A stretch of 64,000 nucleotides of DNA, taken from assembly GCA_029775855.1 (NCBI GenBank), contig JARVJZ010000001.1, forward strand, positions 300,519 through 364,518, written 5' to 3'. Made by a program: the position numbers and the translations under genes. The stretch comes from Nitrososphaeria archaeon (GTDB lineage: Archaea > Thermoproteota > Nitrososphaeria > Nitrososphaerales > JAAOZN01). Each line of letters begins with the position of its first letter. Within the stretch, counting starts at the first letter, position 1. The notes below the pieces were generated by a model. The model had not been told where the DNA came from. It saw only the letters and a program-made list of their open reading frames with translations, and searched no databases. Shown here one piece after another: positions 59,168 to 64,000 of this stretch.

Positions 59168-60127
59168 GTGATTTACTTGGTTAGGTCATCTGTAGGAAAT
59201 GAAGCTTCAGCCTTTGAGAAAGCTCGGATAATTAAAATTCTGGAAAGTGTTGGAATGGTTCTTCAGCCTTTAGAGCTTGCTCAGATAATTAATAATTTGC
59301 CGAAGGATGTTGTTTTAGATAGGGAAAAGTTAGCAAGATTTTTGTTGTTGACTGCTTTTCTTGATCAGCAGGCTGAGTCACCTTCTGCAAGGAGAACTGC
59401 TATACGCATTTATGATTTGTTTGGGGATGATTTGTTCTTTAAGCCGCAACAATGCCTCATACAAATAAACCGATTAGCGGCATTGAAGGATGAGTATAAG
59501 ATCTCTCCAGCAATTGGCAGGGTTTTGCCTCGTTTTGGCTGGTTTGTTTTAAGAGTTGGAGGCTTCCTAACTTACGAGATGATGCTAAACAGGTCTAATC
59601 TTTCTGAAAAGCTGGGTCGATGTAAAACTCCTAAGGAAGCTGCAGCACTTTTGCAGAGTAATCCCCTTGTTGAATCGATTCTTAGAGAAAAGGCTGTTAG
59701 GATGTATATTTCTTGGGTAGGTCATCCGAACTTAGGAATAGATGTTTCAAATGGTAAGTGGGATAAGTCGTTTTTTGAAATGCCTGTTGATGGGCATGTT
59801 GGCAAAATCTTTTCCAGAGGGGGTCTTGTTTCTGCAGTGATTCATGAGGGCAAGAGAGGGAGTGGCAGTCGTTGGAATGTCATTATAGCCTCAAACATGC
59901 GGCTGTCAATTCAAGAGGTAACAAACCAGTATAGCGATGACTGTATAATGGTTGATCATGGAGCGTTCCAAATAGGTATTAATTGCTGTCCAGACAATCT
60001 GAAAGACATAGCTTGTGACTCTTGTCCTAGAGCCTCTATATGCCAAATTAAGTCCAAAATTGGTTGTAAAGGTTATTGTATGCTTCGAGATTTTTGTAAA
60101 AGGAATTTGACTTGGCGAGCATACTGA
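59168..60127 (+). CDS. Hypothetical protein, distant HhH-GPD DNA glycosylase-like, Cys-rich C-terminus
   Basis: MPVDGHVGKIFSRGGLV resembles the PVD.HV.R...R.G motif; tail CCPD...CDSCP...C...C...C...C. Confidence 0.55.
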   Translation: MIYLVRSSVGNEASAFEKARIIKILESVGMVLQPLELAQIINNLPKDVVLDREKLARFLLLTAFLDQQAESPSARRTAIRIYDLFGDDLFFKPQQCLIQINRLAALKDEYKISPAIGRVLPRFGWFVLRVGGFLTYEMMLNRSNLSEKLGRCKTPKEAAALLQSNPLVESILREKAVRMYISWVGHPNLGIDVSNGKWDKSFFEMPVDGHVGKIFSRGGLVSAVIHEGKRGSGSRWNVIIASNMRLSIQEVTNQYSDDCIMVDHGAFQIGINCCPDNLKDIACDSCPRASICQIKSKIGCKGYCMLRDFCKRNLTWRAY

Positions 60128-60180
60128 TATCAGATAATATTAAATACTATTACAACATATCATATATGAGGCATGACTGT

Positions 60181-60339
60181 ATGCCAATGATTTACATTTC
60201 AGAAAAAACTAAAGATCTACTTGACAAGATAGTTGAAGCTTTACGGAAAAATACAAACACGCCTGCAAGGATACTAAAGACCGACGCAATTCACGCCGCT
60301 GTTGAAGAATACGCTAAAAAGCTAGGTGTGAAAGAATGA
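60181..60339 (+). CDS. Small ribbon-helix-helix-like DNA-binding protein
   Basis: MPMIYISEKTKDLLDKI...KTDAIHAAVEEY; overlaps the methylase start (ATGA). Confidence 0.55.
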   Translation: MPMIYISEKTKDLLDKIVEALRKNTNTPARILKTDAIHAAVEEYAKKLGVKE

Positions 60340-61295
60340 TCCCCACTTGGCATAAAATTATCTTCGGAAATTGCATAGATATGCATGAAATCCCAGACAA
60401 CTCTATTCATCTAATGGTTTCCTCACCACCCTACTATAACGCTCCCTTTGACTACCCTGACCTTTTTAAAAACTACGATGAATTTCTCAAATTAATTAGA
60501 GACCTTGCCAAAGAACTCTACAGAGTTCTGGCTCCTGGAAGAATTGCAGCTTTTGTTACGGATGATATGCTTGTTAAAGGTGAAAAATATCCCGTTGTTT
60601 CAGACATTACAAAAATCATGGTTGAAAGCGGCTTTAGCTACAGAGATAGAATCGTATGGGAAAAGCCTGAAGGGTACATTAGAATTAGCAGACGTAGCGG
60701 TGTCGTGCTGCAGCATCCATATCCAATGTATTTCTATCCCGACAACATACAAGAGAGCATCATAATATTCCAAAAAGGCAAATTTGATTATAGCTATATT
60801 AAAACACTCGACCCAAAAATCTTAGAAGCCTCAAAAATCGACTTAAAGAAGTATAGCTCAGAAAAATGGTATCTTACAATCTGGAGAATCACGAACGTTC
60901 TTCCATTTGAAGATAGGCTTGAAAAGGGTATAGCCGCCTTCCCAGAAGAAATTCCCAGACGTTTGATAAAACTATTCACATTTGTAGGAGAAACAGTCCT
61001 TGACCCATTTCTTGGCTCAGGAACCACAACAAAAGCGGCAAAAGATCTAGAAAGAAACAGCGTGGGCTATGAAATAGACCTCGACCTCAAGGATGTCATT
61101 CTGAAGAAAATAAACTATAACCAAACAACTTTAACAAGCGGCTCAGCGAATAAAATTGAAATAGTAGAGCGGCCAGATGCTAGAAGGCTTAGAACTTTTC
61201 TCCAAGAAAAAGTGAAGAATCAACGGTCAGTAGTAAAAAAGAATACGACAAAGCTTGTTTCAGCAACAACTGCTACGGCTGGTACCAGTGCTTAA
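60336..61295 (+). CDS. Site-specific amino-DNA methyltransferase, beta class (probably m4C)
   Basis: SSPPY catalytic motif before AFP and VLDPFLGSGTT; GYEID. Confidence 0.93.
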   Translation: MIPTWHKIIFGNCIDMHEIPDNSIHLMVSSPPYYNAPFDYPDLFKNYDEFLKLIRDLAKELYRVLAPGRIAAFVTDDMLVKGEKYPVVSDITKIMVESGFSYRDRIVWEKPEGYIRISRRSGVVLQHPYPMYFYPDNIQESIIIFQKGKFDYSYIKTLDPKILEASKIDLKKYSSEKWYLTIWRITNVLPFEDRLEKGIAAFPEEIPRRLIKLFTFVGETVLDPFLGSGTTTKAAKDLERNSVGYEIDLDLKDVILKKINYNQTTLTSGSANKIEIVERPDARRLRTFLQEKVKNQRSVVKKNTTKLVSATTATAGTSA

Positions 61296-61471
61296 ATTTT
61301 AAAGAAAAAATTTGAGTTGATAAAAGCTTAGTGCGCTGCCAACAGCGAAGACAGTTAAGCAGTACCAGTAATCATAGAAGTAGTATCAACATTTTTTAAA
61401 GGGGTAAAGAATTAAGCTAGTATACTATTGATCTAAACGGCGATGTTTTCTTCATTTTTCTCCTGTAAGCC

Positions 61472-62476
61472 TTAGGTTGGTAGGAAGATTAGTTTTTCTG
61501 GCGGAAGCAGTTTGTTTATTTGGTTTGCTATAAGCATCTGTAACCCGTCTTTGAGCATGTTCATTGATGTTAAGCTTTTTTCAAGTTCTTGGTTTGATGA
61601 GAATCTCTTCGCCTGTTTTTCGGAGTTTTCTCTTATCTTCTTAACTACTTGCTTCATTAGTTCTTCGTATATCTTCGATGGCTTTGAACCTGATTCTTCA
61701 GCTCTAATAATCGCTTTTACTGCTAAGCGCCCACTTAGGGCTGCGTTATCCATTCCCACGCCTCGGTAAAAATCGATTAAGTTTGCGGCATCACCAGCCA
61801 AAAGCACATTACCTTCTCCAAGATATATTGTGCTCTTTAGTGTTGAGGAGAAGCCTTCTCTCTTGACGATCTGCCCACGAAGTTTATACCTCTCCTCTAC
61901 ATACTTAAAGAATCTGTTAGCGTAAGCAATGGGATTCTCCTTAGCGCCTGTACCTACTACCCATTTATCATCTTTCATGTACACCCAAGCGAACATCAAG
62001 GGGCAGAACTCTTTTCTGTAAAACATGTAGAGAGTATTGGGATCTAGCTCCGCATCCCCCTTAAAATAGTAGTTTATTGTCGCACCAGTAGTCTTATTGC
62101 TAAAATCATCTGGGTGCAGTTTCTTTCGAATCCTTGAGAGCATGCCATCAGCCCCGATAAGATAACGCGCCCTAACCTCCTTCTGTACACCTTCCGAAGA
62201 CGCTTTAACAACGATCTTATCTTCACTTTCAAAAAATTCTGTTAACATCGTGTTGTCGTGGAACTCTGCACCACTGTCCGCTGCAACTGAGTTAAGCCAG
62301 CTGTCGAAAGTTGCCCTCCAAAAGTTCAGCATTCTCATCTTACCCTTCAAAACCTTACCATTCGGTGTTATAATCTCAACCTTGAACAATTCGTTCAAGC
62401 AAAGTTTGTCACGCGGTATTCTCTCACCTATAAGCTTCTCAAAATACTCAAATTGTATACCAGAGCAAGCTTTGTC
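61472..62476 (-). pseudogene. 5'-truncated geranylgeranyl-reductase-like flavoprotein
   Basis: Homology runs upstream of the called ORF to DKACSGIQFEYF at about 62476; the N-terminal GxGxxG segment and a start codon are missing. Confidence 0.75.
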
Positions 62477-62512
62477 AGTCTCAATCCATGTTTCTAATGC
62501 ACAGATAGATAG
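62471..62512 (+). pseudogene. C-terminal remnant of a group 4 [NiFe] hydrogenase large subunit
   Basis: TTT GTC AGT CTC AAT CCA TGT TTC TAA TGC ACA GAT AGA TAG = FVSLNPCF*CTDR*, a degenerate DPCxSCxxR motif. Confidence 0.7.
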
Positions 62513-62523
62513 CAGGATGCAGA

Positions 62524-63506
62524 ATGAGTTTTGATTTTTTGTTTCGTGTGTTGATTTTTCCAGGCTTCACTTTCATTTTATTTTTCACGATGATTTGCGA
62601 TTGGGTTGAAAGAAAGATTGAGGCGCGGATGTAGAACAGGATGGGACCCACATATACTGGTCTATTTGGCGTTTTTCAACCATTTGCTGACTTTGTCAAG
62701 CTTTTGAGTAAGGAGGACATTGTTCCATTTAACGTAAAAAAATTTCGCTTTCAAATTCACTCCGATTTTCTCTTTCTCGATTTTTGTCTTCTCATTTGTC
62801 TTCTTGCCAATTGATGGGGCAAACATTATTTTTAATTCAAACTTTGAAGGCGACTTAATTATTGTTCTAAGGTTAGTTTCAATTGCCAATTTCTTTATTT
62901 TCCTTTCAGGGTGGTCTTCGATGAACCCTTACAGTGCGACGGGTGCTGCGCGGGTTTTAACTCAGTTTTTGGGTTATGATATTCCTCTTTCCATTCTCGC
63001 ATTGGCTCCAGCTTTTTTTGGCTAAAAGTCTTAGCTTTTCAGTTATTGCTGCTAATCAGAATGTGCCATTTGCCTTCATGATTCCATGCGCTTTCGTGCT
63101 GTTTATTATTACGCTTCAAGCGGAGTTGGAGAAAGACCCATTTGATGTTCCGCATGCTGAGACGGAGATAGTTGGTGGATATGAAACTGAATATACAGGT
63201 AGAAGATTGGCTTTTCTTAAACTTGCTAAAGATGTGCAAATAGTGCTTGGAGCGGCCATAGTTGTTGAACTTTTCTTAGGCGGCCCTTGACCAACTTTTT
63301 ATGGTCCATCCGCCTTTTGGTATACGTTGTGGTTTACGCTTAAACTGCTCGCGGTTGTGGCTCTTACAGAGTATTTGAAATGCGTTTTTGCGAGATTGCG
63401 TATCGATCAAGTGCTTGTTGTCAACTGGAAAGTGCTTCTGCCTTTGGCGTTTCTTTCTCTTGCTGCGACTGTTGGCGTGGGCTTGTGGTTTAACTTGTTG
63501 AGGTGA
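62524..63506 (+). pseudogene. NuoH/HycD-like membrane subunit, disrupted
   Basis: ERKIEARM*NRMGP (TAG 62632), QPFADFVKLL.KE, frameshifts at A7 (about 62736) and T7 (about 63013), PFDVPHAETEIVGG, TGA at 63288, ARLRIDQ. Confidence 0.88.
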
Positions 63507-63512
63507 AGGTGA

Positions 63513-63887
63513 ATGGCAAAGTTATCGCCAATTTTGAAGGAAGTGCTTGCTCACCTTTTCAAGAAGCCTGCAACTCGAAGATATCCAGAAGAGAAGCCTT
63601 ATGTTCCCGTTGGTTTCCGGGGCAGGCAAATATTTGACATTAATTTGTGTATCAGTTGTGGTTTATGTGCTAGGGATTGTCCTGCGAAGGCTATTGAAAT
63701 GGTTGAGGTTGATGGAAAGTTAAGGCCTCTTTTTCATCTGGACCGCTGCATACTCTGTTATCAGTGTGCTGAAAGTTGTCCCAGAAACGTTATTAAAAGT
63801 TCGGAAATTTTTGAGTTGGCCTCAACAAATAAATCCGATTTGGTTGTAAAGCCTAAAGCAAACAATGCGAGCATAGGCTCTTTGTGA
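63513..63887 (+). CDS. NuoI/HycF-like 2x[4Fe-4S] subunit
   Basis: PATRRYP, GFRG, CISCGLCARDCP, CILCYQCAESCP. Confidence 0.9.
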   Translation: MAKLSPILKEVLAHLFKKPATRRYPEEKPYVPVGFRGRQIFDINLCISCGLCARDCPAKAIEMVEVDGKLRPLFHLDRCILCYQCAESCPRNVIKSSEIFELASTNKSDLVVKPKANNASIGSL

Positions 63888-63888
63888 A

Positions 63889-64000
63889 ATGATTATTGAG
63901 CTGCTTGCTGTTGGATTGGTTGTTTCAGCTTGTTTGACCATTTATCTTGATGAAGCAGTGTATTCTGTTGCTTCTTTGGCTTGCGTGTTTGTTTTAATGG
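63889..64000 (+). CDS. NuoJ-like small membrane subunit (partial, runs off the window)
   Basis: MIIELLAVGLVVSACLTIYLDEAVYSVASLACVFVLM; follows the nuoI-like gene. Confidence 0.55.
   Translation, partial: MIIELLAVGLVVSACLTIYLDEAVYSVASLACVFVLM

Noticed and set aside
60112-60180. N-terminal part of the 75-aa ORF
   Set aside because: It overlaps the upstream gene end and an AT-rich promoter-like stretch; ATG 60181 fits an RHH-sized protein better.
62632-63290. TAG/TGA recoding (Pyl, Sec, alternative code) in the nuoH-like gene
   Set aside because: Two frameshifts accompany the stops, and TAG and TGA terminate normal genes throughout the window.

Overview
Archaeal chromosomal DNA. The rpl40e, rps26e, ThrRS, deoxyhypusine synthase and DUF1998 helicase sequences suggest a TACK archaeon, probably a non-ammonia-oxidising Nitrososphaerota-like lineage (inference). 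Left to right: (1) 1-15.9 kb: an atypical thioredoxin reductase, a cytoplasmic PadBC-like molybdoenzyme, a NarI/HdrE-like membrane protein, Rieske/cytochrome b, a COG1233 flavoprotein, a scrambled Liv-type ABC transporter and an unusual TM-thioredoxin-solute-binding fusion. (2) A DUF1998 helicase divergent from a CRISPR array of about 80 spacers, with no cas genes in the window. (3) 23.9-50.3 kb: hypF/C/D/E/A/B, maturation protease, hdrCBA-mvhDGA, an HdrE-like/HdrD-like pair, two more HdrD-like CCG proteins, two GcvH-like carriers (one lacking the lipoyl Lys), OsmC, an FAD oxidoreductase and a LipS1/LipS2/ligase/LipT lipoate-assembly set. No Gcv P/T/L, 2-oxoacid dehydrogenase, sHdr, Dsr or Mcr genes are visible in the window. 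This is the best candidate for an undescribed system: a lipoyl protein serving as the disulfide substrate of Hdr enzymes. (4) Housekeeping genes with an inserted reductive-dehalogenase-like gene. (5) tRNA-Val(CAC) followed by an island-like region: an HhH-GPD-like protein, a small regulator and a DNA methyltransferase, then a deletion junction and a decaying group 4 hydrogenase operon. All calls come from motif recognition by eye; no database searches were run.
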